Origin: Methanobacteriota archaeon
Lineage (GTDB): Archaea; Thermoplasmatota; Poseidoniia; Poseidoniales; Thalassarchaeaceae
DNA: 51,049 bases
Assembly (NCBI GenBank): GCA_002731195.1
Contig: PCAI01000015.1
Location: 7,114-58,162 of the forward strand
Direction: 5' to 3'
The notes beneath the pieces are model-generated. The model saw nothing but the letters and a program-made list of their open reading frames with translations. It was not told where the DNA came from and made no database searches. This document shows, in pieces, positions 39,593-48,653 of this stretch (position 1 is its first letter; every line of letters starts with the position of its first letter). A program made the translations under genes and the position numbers.

Positions 39593-40704
39593 CTTCTCAT
39601 AATTATTGATAATAAATCTCCATCTTTTAGGGTATGTTCTAATCCAACTCTTTGCCAATCAAATTTTGCACTAGGCCCCCTAACTCTCGCATATCTAAAT
39701 TTCCTAACGAAATCTCTATGCAATTTCGCACAAACATCTCTTACTGTGGATGTATCTTTGACAATCAATGGCTCAATCAAATCTGCTTCTTGCCCTTGTG
39801 GCTTCAGAAATATCGACATAAAATGTAAATTATTGTAAATAAAATCTTTCATATCTTCTATGCCATAACCAGTTTTTGCAGAAACTTCCAGTACTGGCCA
39901 TCCATTAGGTAAACTATCTCTTGCTTTCTGTAAATCCTTTTCATTTGCTAAATCAACTTTATTCAGAACTACTACGGCTTTACTGTAAATCCTATTCCCT
40001 GCTAACGTATCAACTATATTGTCATCAGTAACATTAGTTCTAAGGGTAACTGTGGCAGAAACAATCCCAAAACTTCTCACAATATCTTGTATTTCTTCTT
40101 CTGTCAGATTGGTTTGTTTGACAGTTGATCTTACTACAATACCTCCTCTGTTAGTCCTAGTGATGAAAACTTGAGGTATTGGTTGGTTTAGTCTCAAACC
40201 ACCTCTCCATAATTCATAGTCTAGGATATTGAAGTGCGACTTTTGGAATGGGTCTACTACGTAAAGGACCATATCTGATCCTCTGATGACATTCAATATT
40301 TCTCGACCTCTCCCTTTTCCTTCGGCAGCACCTTTTATCAGCCCAGGAAGATCTAATATCTGTATCTTAGCACCTTTATGTTCCATTAAACCAGGAATGC
40401 ACGTTAACGTTGTGAATGCAAAATTGCCAACATCTGACTCTACTTCAGTAAGTTGTGAGATGAGACTGGACTTTCCTACACTAGGAAAACCTACCAATGC
40501 TACCGATGCATCTCCAGATTTCTTAACTTCAAAACCCGGTCCTCCGCCACTGGCCTTTGCATGGGCTTGTGCTTTTTCTTTCCTCTCTCTTAGAGCAGCT
40601 ATTTTGGCCTTTAATTTCCCAAGGTGCCCTTGCGTAGCCTTATTTGATTTTGTCTTGGTAATTTCATCTTCCAATGACTTGATTTGTTCTTCAATGGTCG
40701 CCAT
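39589..40704 (-). CDS. DRG/Rbg-family GTPase with TGS domain
   Basis: KAT..H.G.LKAK.A, GFPSVGKS, FTTLT, DLPG, NKVD and C-terminal TGS domain (Q.VGL.H.L.D.D). Confidence 0.95.
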   Translation of the reverse strand: MATIEEQIKSLEDEITKTKSNKATQGHLGKLKAKIAALRERKEKAQAHAKASGGGPGFEVKKSGDASVALVGFPSVGKSSLISQLTEVESDVGNFAFTTLTCIPGLMEHKGAKIQILDLPGLIKGAAEGKGRGREILNVIRGSDMVLYVVDPFQKSHFNILDYELWRGGLRLNQPIPQVFITRTNRGGIVVRSTVKQTNLTEEEIQDIVRSFGIVSATVTLRTNVTDDNIVDTLAGNRIYSKAVVVLNKVDLANEKDLQKARDSLPNGWPVLEVSAKTGYGIEDMKDFIYNNLHFMSIFLKPQGQEADLIEPLIVKDTSTVRDVCAKLHRDFVRKFRYARVRGPSAKFDWQRVGLEHTLKDGDLLSIIMRR

Positions 40705-40852
40705 TGTTCTTCCTCTCCTTTGCAACTAGTTTTGTCTAGATTTTTCAGTTTACGTGCTTAACGCTCCGGCACATGTTATTGAATCCGGGGGCTCATTATA
40801 TAGTTCCACACTGAGTAAGGCTTATTCTACTTACGCGAAGAGGAATATACAG

Positions 40853-41518
40853 ATGGCAGATGTAATACTCTATCTTGTCAATCGAAAATCTTTTTCTTTA
40901 ATATTGAATTACACAGTATCTCATCTAATTGATTTATTAAATAAAAAAGAATTAAGTATTATTCGCCCGCAAATAGATTCTGAATTCCATCGGGATTTTG
41001 ATGTAGACATCGAGGGCGATATTTTGGAAATTTTTGATAAAAGTGAAGATTCCATAGATACTACTAAAAAAATTTCTGATATTAATTCTGAATTCAAAAA
41101 TGACTTAATATTATTACTTGCAAAATGGTCTTCAGTTGCCCAATGGAGTTGCTGGGATGCAAGATTATTTCTGTATGTAGAGCCATTTTTAGAAAAAGAT
41201 ATAATTAGTGTGGATGAGTTTTTAGAACCTAAAATATGGCATATCTTCCAACATCAATTGTCTAAATTAGATCAACGTTTTTTTACAGAATCTATAGTAT
41301 TGGATTGGATGTCTCGTAGGGAAAAATTAGGAGAGACAATGGAACCATCAGAAGATCCAAAGATCCTACCTACAATGAATTCACATAATGAATCCAGCCA
41401 ATTGTTATTTAATTTTATTAAAAAAACATCGCAGCCAGAATTGGATTTAATGATAGGACGAGACTATTTGAATTCTGAATTGTGGCATTTAGGAAAGGAT
41501 AAGATTAGTAGTTACTGA
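40853..41518 (+). CDS. Hypothetical protein
   Basis: Long ORF co-oriented with nadM, 10-nt gap; no family recognised. Confidence 0.7.
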   Translation: MADVILYLVNRKSFSLILNYTVSHLIDLLNKKELSIIRPQIDSEFHRDFDVDIEGDILEIFDKSEDSIDTTKKISDINSEFKNDLILLLAKWSSVAQWSCWDARLFLYVEPFLEKDIISVDEFLEPKIWHIFQHQLSKLDQRFFTESIVLDWMSRREKLGETMEPSEDPKILPTMNSHNESSQLLFNFIKKTSQPELDLMIGRDYLNSELWHLGKDKISSY

Positions 41519-41528
41519 GGTAGATAAG

Positions 41529-42146
41529 ATGTCAGAACTCCCCTTGAATCCTCTTCCTCCAAACATCTCAACAGCCCCTGGGGTAGTAGTATTGGGACGC
41601 TTTCAGCCTCTTCATCTAGGGCATATTTCACTAATTGAAGCTGCAGAAAAATGGCGTTTAGAAAATTATCCTAATTCACCACTTGTGCTGTGCATAGGCT
41701 CTTCAAATAGGCCAGAATCTATGGAAAATCCCTGGAGCTATAGGGAAAGAGAAGCAATGATAAATATATGGTTAAAAAATCAAGAAGGTTTTGATAATGT
41801 GGAAATAGTTAGCATTCCTGATATTGAAAATCCTCCCAAATGGGTAGATCACGCAGAAAAATATCATGGTAAAAATGGTTTCTTTTTTACTAGCGACAAT
41901 TCTTCTGCAGAACTCTATAGTGAAGCAGGCTGGAATGTAATCAGACATACTTTCGAAAAACGAAATCAATTCGAAGGATGGAGAGTTAGGGCTACGGCGC
42001 TCATGCTATCGACAATAAGCGATGAAGATGCTATTAGAACAATTCTTTCTATATCGATGCCAGAATCTATAATTAATTATCTGATTGAAATAGACGGATT
42101 AAGAAGGTTAGCCTTCTTAGTCGAAGGAGGAGAGCCAGTAGGGTGA
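41529..42146 (+). CDS. nadM: Nicotinamide-nucleotide adenylyltransferase
   Basis: GRFQP.HLGH, IGS, ENP.S..ER and IPD motifs. Confidence 0.85.
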   Translation: MSELPLNPLPPNISTAPGVVVLGRFQPLHLGHISLIEAAEKWRLENYPNSPLVLCIGSSNRPESMENPWSYREREAMINIWLKNQEGFDNVEIVSIPDIENPPKWVDHAEKYHGKNGFFFTSDNSSAELYSEAGWNVIRHTFEKRNQFEGWRVRATALMLSTISDEDAIRTILSISMPESIINYLIEIDGLRRLAFLVEGGEPVG

Positions 42147-42153
42147 AAATTCT

Positions 42154-43143
42154 TCACCATTCTATCGCATTCGCTCCCCATGCCAAACCTCCTCCAAAAC
42201 CTACTGTAATCACCAGATCCCCCGGTTTTATTATTCCTTCTTTAACTGATTCTGCCAAAGCAATAGGTACACTTGCTGCTGCTGTATTGCCATATTTATC
42301 CAAATTCATAAACACTTTATCCATAGGTAATCCGAGATTCTCCATTCCAGCTTTAATTATATTGAAATTAGCTTGATGGGGTATTATCATATCAATATCT
42401 TTTATTTCCATATTGATCTGTTTTAATAATTCCTTTACTGCTTGAGGAAATGCCTCAATAGCAAAATTCCATACTGCACGTCCATCCATATGAAAATATT
42501 GCTCACCCTCTAATGAATCACTGGATGAGATTGGTTTCTTAATCCCTCCAGCAGGTATCTGTATGACTTCTGCACCCGAACCATCAGATTTTAACCAACT
42601 ACCAATTATTCCTCTTCCATTTTCTATCTTCTGTAATATTGCTGCTCCTGCACCATCTCCAAATAAAACACAAGTTGCCCTATCTTCCCAGTTGACAATC
42701 CTACTGTAAACTTCTGAACCAATTACCAACACATTATCATAGTTTGAATCGATAACAAATTTCGACCCTATTTCAAGTGCATGAACCCAACCAGAACAAA
42801 CAGCATTAATATCGAAAGCACCAGCATTTTTGCAACCAAGTTTGTGTTGAGTAATACTTGCTGTTGATGAAAGAGGAACATCCGGACTACTAGTGGCAAG
42901 TATGATTAAATCTATATCCTCAGGACGGACTTTTGCTTCTCTCATCGCTTCTATTGATGCCATGACTGCCAAATCACTTGTACAAATGTCTTTTTCAGCA
43001 ATTCTTCGTTCCTTTATTCCTGTTTTACTAGTAATCCACTCGTCACTGGTATCTACTATATTCTCCCAATCATAATTTGTCATAATTTTCGGAGGGACAT
43101 AGTATCCCAAGCCTACAATGCCTGCCGCTGTCATATTATTCAT
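42154..43143 (-). CDS. fabH: Beta-ketoacyl synthase III (bacterial-type FabH)
   Basis: DTSDEWI...TGI.ERR, A.CSG (Cys), FGDGAGA, M.G..V..FA, HQAN (His), GNT.AAS (Asn) and FGGGL.WG motifs. Confidence 0.92.
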   Translation of the reverse strand: MNNMTAAGIVGLGYYVPPKIMTNYDWENIVDTSDEWITSKTGIKERRIAEKDICTSDLAVMASIEAMREAKVRPEDIDLIILATSSPDVPLSSTASITQHKLGCKNAGAFDINAVCSGWVHALEIGSKFVIDSNYDNVLVIGSEVYSRIVNWEDRATCVLFGDGAGAAILQKIENGRGIIGSWLKSDGSGAEVIQIPAGGIKKPISSSDSLEGEQYFHMDGRAVWNFAIEAFPQAVKELLKQINMEIKDIDMIIPHQANFNIIKAGMENLGLPMDKVFMNLDKYGNTAAASVPIALAESVKEGIIKPGDLVITVGFGGGLAWGANAIEW

Positions 43144-43180
43144 TTCGTTCGAGAGACACTAGACTTTCACATTTACTGCA

Positions 43181-44629
43181 TTATTCATGTTTAATGCATA
43201 TATTCATTGGCTCTGAAAAGAAACTCAAACTCCATCTTCCACCTTCTCTTCCAATACCACTGTCTTTAACTCCTCCAAACGGAACTCTCAAATCTCTATG
43301 TAACCATGTATTAATCCAAATCATCCCAGTTTGGATGGACTCTGATACTCTCTTGCCCTTCTCTATATCCTTTGTCCAGATACTTCCTGCAAGCCCATAT
43401 CTCGTATTATTGACCATTTTTATTAAATCCTCCTCTCTTTTGAATTTATGTAATGTCACTATCGGCCCAAATATTTCTTCTTTTGAGCATCTTGATTCAT
43501 GACTCAAACCTTCAACTACAACTGGAGCAATCCAATTCCCTTTCTCGAGATTTTTTGGTAAGCATGGAATGCCACCAGTTAGTAACACTCCTCCTTCTTC
43601 TAGAGCCAAATTGGAATAATATTTTATCTTTTCAAGATGTTCCCTTGAAATCAATGCTCCCAAATCTGTCTCTTCATCAAGTGGATTTCCTATTTTCATA
43701 TCTTCGACAGCATCCACTAACCTACTCTTAAAGTCATCATATATTTCTTCTTCAATGAAAATACGTGAACCACATAAACAAATTTGACCCTGATTCAAGA
43801 AACCTGATCTGACTACTCCTGCTACCGTCTTATCTATCTCACAATCTGCAAATACTATACTTGAATTCTTTCCTCCCAATTCAAGGCTGAGTTTTTTGAA
43901 AGAAGAAGCCGCAGATGATGCAACTTTTGATCCCGTCACAGTACCTCCGGTGAATGAAACAAAATCAATGCCTGAATTTTCTACTAATTGGCTACCTGTT
44001 TCTGCCCCATTCCCATGTATTAGATTAATTACTCCTGCTGGTAAACCAATATCATGTACGGCACGCATCAGTAAATCCGCAGTCATCGGCGTAAGTTCAC
44101 TAGGTTTACACACTACTGTATTGCCCATTCCTATCGCAGGAGCAACCTTCCAAGATAATAGATAAAGTGGCAAATTCCATGGAGTTATCAACGCACCTAC
44201 TCCGATAGATTTCTGAATTACATAATTTGTTGCATCTGCCATTTCGAATTCTTCTGTTTTCAAATTTTTTATCATTTCTGAGAAAAATCTAAAATTAGCC
44301 ACAGATCTTTTAGCATCCACACTTCTTGATAATGAGATTGGTTTACCAGTATCTGTACTTTCCAATTGTGCAATCTCTTCAAACATTTCTTCTAATTTAT
44401 TCGCTATCTTATCTAGCCATACGGACCTCTCTTGATGGGTAAGTTTGCTCCAACTAGGATGTGCAATTTTAGCCGATTTTATTGCTTCAGCAACATCTTT
44501 AGAATTTGAAATCGGAACTTTACAAATCTCATCTCCTGTTGCAGGATTAAGATTTGTAATCCATTCATCACTTGTTTGGGGGCAAAATTTACCTCCAATG
44601 TAATTCATTAAATACACTTCATCACCCAT
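43181..44629 (-). CDS. Aldehyde dehydrogenase, 2-aminomuconate/2-hydroxymuconate semialdehyde dehydrogenase-like
   Basis: PWNLPLYLL.WK.APA, KPSE.TP, FTGGT.TG, LELGGKN, NQGQICLCGSR, EEIFGP and W.N.WL.RDLR.PFGG motifs. Confidence 0.88.
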   Translation of the reverse strand: MGDEVYLMNYIGGKFCPQTSDEWITNLNPATGDEICKVPISNSKDVAEAIKSAKIAHPSWSKLTHQERSVWLDKIANKLEEMFEEIAQLESTDTGKPISLSRSVDAKRSVANFRFFSEMIKNLKTEEFEMADATNYVIQKSIGVGALITPWNLPLYLLSWKVAPAIGMGNTVVCKPSELTPMTADLLMRAVHDIGLPAGVINLIHGNGAETGSQLVENSGIDFVSFTGGTVTGSKVASSAASSFKKLSLELGGKNSSIVFADCEIDKTVAGVVRSGFLNQGQICLCGSRIFIEEEIYDDFKSRLVDAVEDMKIGNPLDEETDLGALISREHLEKIKYYSNLALEEGGVLLTGGIPCLPKNLEKGNWIAPVVVEGLSHESRCSKEEIFGPIVTLHKFKREEDLIKMVNNTRYGLAGSIWTKDIEKGKRVSESIQTGMIWINTWLHRDLRVPFGGVKDSGIGREGGRWSLSFFSEPMNICIKHE

Positions 44630-45803
44630 CTATGCCTTCATTTCCAAAAGGATCATGTCTAGTAGTATTTGCAGTATATTCTTTCCAGTCTAGAGAAAAA
44701 CTATCTTGATTGGGATCCCATTCATCCCATGTTACTACTTCTTCAAGATTCTCAAGATACTTCGGAGGAACTATTCCAGGGACGATAAATGCCTTTTGTC
44801 TATGTAACGGGTATGGATTTCTCAACTCTATTCCCAATACGCCTAATACTGCTCTTGTGACATACCAAGTAGCTTGTGAATTCCATCCATGAGCTATCTT
44901 AATTACAATCCCTAGACCTTTTGGCCATTCTGGATGAATTATCGACAGCCCAAGTAAACCATCTGCGCCTTCTTTCGCTATTAACGTGCCCTTGCCAGCC
45001 TTAATACATGTTGAATCTAGTCTATTGAAACCTCCAATTAAATCCGGATGTTTATTCATGGCCTCCCAAATCCAATCATCTTCTCTTTCTGATGCTAGAC
45101 CTGCAAACATTATGGCCAGTTCATCAACTGTGTTGGATACAGTTGGTAATCCACAACCATCTTTGGCTACTCTAATAGGTTTCCAGTTAGGCTTATTCAT
45201 CAATCTTCTTAAAACATTTAAGAATTCTGGAAACCATTCCGAACTCGGTAATGTATAGCCAGCCCTACTCATTCCCATCCTACGCATGCCTCTTAGCATA
45301 GCAGCATGTTCTCCAGAGCAAGTATGAAACCATCTCCTTGGCCTCCTTACTTGCCTGCCAAATTGTATCAAAGGGACATCTAGTGGGCACTGCATCAATC
45401 CCCACTCCGACTCACTTAGCAAAGATTGAGCAGCAGCCACATGCTCCGTATCTCCATTGTGTGAAGAACATCCTATTGCTTTTTGCTCCCACGTTATCTT
45501 CTCATCCTCTAAAGCATCAACAAAAGTTTTCATCATCAATGGCTTCATCATAGATCTGCCATATACCAAGACATTACCTCCAAATGAATGTATTATCTCA
45601 TCACCATGTGCCCAAGCAATTGCTCCATGAATGGTATTCTCTGATACATCCATCCTCCGAAAATCAACCAAAGGCTCCCATTCCACATCTCTTCCAGTTG
45701 CAATGCCCGAGAATTTCTCTCCAAGGGGAGTTGTTGGATATACTTCTGAACCTGGTCTGCCCGGGGATACACTAGATGGCCTATGCTTAAATTCATCAGA
45801 CAT
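44622..45803 (-). CDS. Class-3 (Rhizobium-type, Asparaginase_II) asparaginase-like protein
   Basis: RSMMKP, SSHNG, TCSGEH (canonical NCSGKH), DGCG and AKEGADG motifs. Confidence 0.8.
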   Translation of the reverse strand: MSDEFKHRPSSVSPGRPGSEVYPTTPLGEKFSGIATGRDVEWEPLVDFRRMDVSENTIHGAIAWAHGDEIIHSFGGNVLVYGRSMMKPLMMKTFVDALEDEKITWEQKAIGCSSHNGDTEHVAAAQSLLSESEWGLMQCPLDVPLIQFGRQVRRPRRWFHTCSGEHAAMLRGMRRMGMSRAGYTLPSSEWFPEFLNVLRRLMNKPNWKPIRVAKDGCGLPTVSNTVDELAIMFAGLASEREDDWIWEAMNKHPDLIGGFNRLDSTCIKAGKGTLIAKEGADGLLGLSIIHPEWPKGLGIVIKIAHGWNSQATWYVTRAVLGVLGIELRNPYPLHRQKAFIVPGIVPPKYLENLEEVVTWDEWDPNQDSFSLDWKEYTANTTRHDPFGNEGIDG

Positions 45804-45804
45804 T

Positions 45805-47046
45805 TTATTCTACCTCATTTATTATTGGAACTACTTTATTCATAAAAGCACTCATGTTTCTCTTAACTCGCTCACTATCATGGTTAAAGAAGTCAAACCA
45901 ACACATTAATCTATCATTTTCATCAAATCTTTCTATTATCTGTTCTGCAACTTGATCAACATTCCCTATAACTGCATTATCTGTTGCCCTTTCTAACTTA
46001 TTTGGATCTATAGTTCCTTCTAGCGCATTCCAATATATGGATAGGGCCCTTCGAGCTTCTTCTTTGGCTGCAACACTCCTTTCTTCAGGAGATAAGTTTT
46101 CTTCATCATTAATGAATATCATAATAGTTCTTGGCATCATACTTCTTTCCCACGGGCCACCATCTTTATGGTAATATTTTGAGAATCTTTGATGTGTTTC
46201 TTCAATAATATGAGGAGGAGTTATGCTGAGATTAAATACTTGCACTGGCATCCATTTGTTGACTTCAATTTGTAGTTTCTTATCATGACTTCCGATTATT
46301 ACATTCAATAATTCACGCCTCCAATTCTGAGGTATGGTTTTTATCTGTTCAAATTGATATCTTTGAGGTATATTTATTTCATCAGGTAAGGAATCTAATG
46401 AGTTAACTTTCTTCGCTATTTCTTGGACTTTTCGCCAATCTTCCTCTGTATAAAAATTATCTCTCGTCAATATCGTTTTTCTAATATCTTGACTAGATAT
46501 TATCTCTCCATTTAACAGCCTAAGAAATATTTCACTTGCTTCAGCAAATATCTGGCCTCTTAAAGCAGGCCAAGCAACTTCTTCTATCTCATTTCTAGGA
46601 ACTATTCCGTATGGTCTAGCCATGAATTCAAATCTTCCTGCAGAATATCCAATATGTAAACGTCTATTTTCATCTCTTCTCATTCCATGTAATGTTAGGA
46701 ATGAACCAATCCTCTCAGCATGCGCAATCGGCCCACCACTCGCAAGTATGCTCATAACGGCACTACCTACTTCCATTTTCTTAGTTCTTGAAAACATTTC
46801 ACGTGCAATTTGAACAAAGTCTGTACAAAGCCCCACTTCTCCAGGGTAATGAGGGACTACTGGTTTTTCATTCATCTTTTGTACTTCAGTTGAAAGATGT
46901 GCCTGAGCAACCCAACCTACTCCAAAGCCTAACTCATCTGCTAACTCTACTTGATCGAAAAAATTCCTAAACATCTCCTTTTCAGTAGGTACATACTCCG
47001 ATGAATCGGGAGTTTGAGAAATCGAGAAAAATATGTCATATTCCAT
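45805..47046 (-). CDS. Luciferase-like (LLM class) flavin-dependent oxidoreductase, divergent
   Basis: LADELGF...WVAQAH, .VGSAV, AE.I, RL.IG...G and G..DQV.EQI motifs; SD GAGGG upstream of ATG 47046. Confidence 0.78.
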   Translation of the reverse strand: MEYDIFFSISQTPDSSEYVPTEKEMFRNFFDQVELADELGFGVGWVAQAHLSTEVQKMNEKPVVPHYPGEVGLCTDFVQIAREMFSRTKKMEVGSAVMSILASGGPIAHAERIGSFLTLHGMRRDENRRLHIGYSAGRFEFMARPYGIVPRNEIEEVAWPALRGQIFAEASEIFLRLLNGEIISSQDIRKTILTRDNFYTEEDWRKVQEIAKKVNSLDSLPDEINIPQRYQFEQIKTIPQNWRRELLNVIIGSHDKKLQIEVNKWMPVQVFNLSITPPHIIEETHQRFSKYYHKDGGPWERSMMPRTIMIFINDEENLSPEERSVAAKEEARRALSIYWNALEGTIDPNKLERATDNAVIGNVDQVAEQIIERFDENDRLMCWFDFFNHDSERVKRNMSAFMNKVVPIINEVE

Positions 47047-47054
47047 ATTATCCC

Positions 47055-47864
47055 TCAAATAGACCGCATTCTTCCACCATCAACGGCTAAACTTATTCCT
47101 CTTATCGCCCCACTACTCGGTAGACTCAGCCAAGTAATTGCGTTGGCTGTTTCCAATGGATCTATTAATCTCTGAATCGGAACACTATTCATCCATTCTT
47201 CTCGGACTGAATTAATTGATTTACCTGTCTTCTCAGAAATCGACTTAGAAAGTGACGATAGCCTATCAGTATCAGTAAAACCAGGTAATATATTATTTAT
47301 CGTGATACATGGATTTATCTCTCTGCTGAGTGATTTAGACCATGATGCCATCGCTCCTCGTAATGTATTTGAGAGCCCAATATTATCTATCGGTTCTCTA
47401 ACCGATGTAGAAATGACATTTATTATTCTCCCCATTTGGCTTCTTTCCATGCCCGGAATGAGCAATTTAGTTATTACATGCGAGGCATACAAATGTCTTT
47501 TGAAAGGTCCATCAAAATCTGTTATATCATTTTCAATTAATGGCCCTCCAGGGGGTCCTCCAGAATTATTTATCAATATTTGAATATCTCCAACTTCACC
47601 TATTAATGTCAAGATATTCTCTTCTATAGCCTCAATATCTTCTAAATCCATGACTAATATCTTGTGCCCTTCGCCATGAAGTTCAGAAACAACTTCGTTT
47701 AATTCTAACTTACTCCTAGCGCATAGTATTACTCTCGCACCGGCTCTAGATAACATCTGAGCAGTAGCCTTACCTATTCCTTTAGATGCACCGCATACAA
47801 GAGCCGTATATCCTTTTAATATCTCATCTGCAAACGAAAATTCTTCTTTCAATAATTTATTCAT
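47055..47864 (-). CDS. SDR family oxidoreductase
   Basis: CGASKGIG, NNSGGPP.G, GRI.NVISTSV.EP, SN..R (atypical in place of YxxxK) and N.ILPG.T.T.R motifs. Confidence 0.9.
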   Translation of the reverse strand: MNKLLKEEFSFADEILKGYTALVCGASKGIGKATAQMLSRAGARVILCARSKLELNEVVSELHGEGHKILVMDLEDIEAIEENILTLIGEVGDIQILINNSGGPPGGPLIENDITDFDGPFKRHLYASHVITKLLIPGMERSQMGRIINVISTSVREPIDNIGLSNTLRGAMASWSKSLSREINPCITINNILPGFTDTDRLSSLSKSISEKTGKSINSVREEWMNSVPIQRLIDPLETANAITWLSLPSSGAIRGISLAVDGGRMRSI

Positions 47865-47873
47865 AATTTCACC

Positions 47874-48596
47874 TTAGTCAATATAATGCGCATAAGTTTC
47901 ATCCTGTAATTTCTGCCTCACTACTCGTAAAATTTCTTCAGATGCGTTTCGGAAGGTAGGATTTTCACTATCTCCCTGCGGCCTTCTTAGTTCACTCCAT
48001 ATGCCTTCATCATAAGCGATTAGCGCTTCTTTCATCAAAATTCCTGCTAATATTAATGTTTCAAAACATAGATCTTCATAAGTCATCCCTCTTTTAACTT
48101 GGACTTCTCTTCTCATAAGTAAATGTCCAGTGTCTATTCCATTATCACAAAAATGAGTTGATGAACCGATTGGTATATCGTGATAGACAGACCAAGCAGG
48201 AGATGCAGATCCCCTACATTCTGGTAAAAGACCTGGGTGAGAATTAATCACACCATCTTTCGGGAAGTCAAGAATCTCTCCTCTAATTATTCTAGTTCCT
48301 CCAAAAACGATTAAGTCCAATTCAATGCCCCTAATCAGAGGCATTACTTGTTCAGAATTGTGAATCGTTACTGAGACAATTTTTGTATCTAATTCTTTCA
48401 CTTGCTCTCGAATTGGAGGGGCTATAGGATTCCCCTCAATTCTTTTCAAGAACTTCTTTCTTTCTTCATCAGCTATTTCAGAATCTTCTTCGATAATAAT
48501 TTCCGGAACGAAACCCTCTGAAAGAATTTGTTGTAGCATCTCTCGCCCATATGGATGGCCTTTCAGTAGTAAGAATGCAAATTTCGGCTTTGCCAT
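47874..48596 (-). CDS. Formyltransferase-domain protein
   Basis: INSHPGLLP..RG and H..D.GIDTG formyltransferase motifs; no Fmt C-terminal domain and no PurN SGxGSN loop. Confidence 0.8.
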   Translation of the reverse strand: MAKPKFAFLLLKGHPYGREMLQQILSEGFVPEIIIEEDSEIADEERKKFLKRIEGNPIAPPIREQVKELDTKIVSVTIHNSEQVMPLIRGIELDLIVFGGTRIIRGEILDFPKDGVINSHPGLLPECRGSASPAWSVYHDIPIGSSTHFCDNGIDTGHLLMRREVQVKRGMTYEDLCFETLILAGILMKEALIAYDEGIWSELRRPQGDSENPTFRNASEEILRVVRQKLQDETYAHYID

Positions 48597-48653
48597 ATTA
48601 TCGTTCCTCGGAAGGGGCGAACATACCCATTCTTTTCGGTCAAATGTAATGAA

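Noticed and set aside
40726..40852. Intergenic stretch between the DRG GTPase and the hypothetical gene, checked for tRNA or ncRNA
   Set aside because: No cloverleaf, T-loop or stable long hairpin seen; consistent with divergent promoters
48597..48653. Possible hairpin (gttcctcggaaggggcgaac) upstream of the formyltransferase
   Set aside because: Short, imperfect stem; insufficient to call a riboswitch or attenuator
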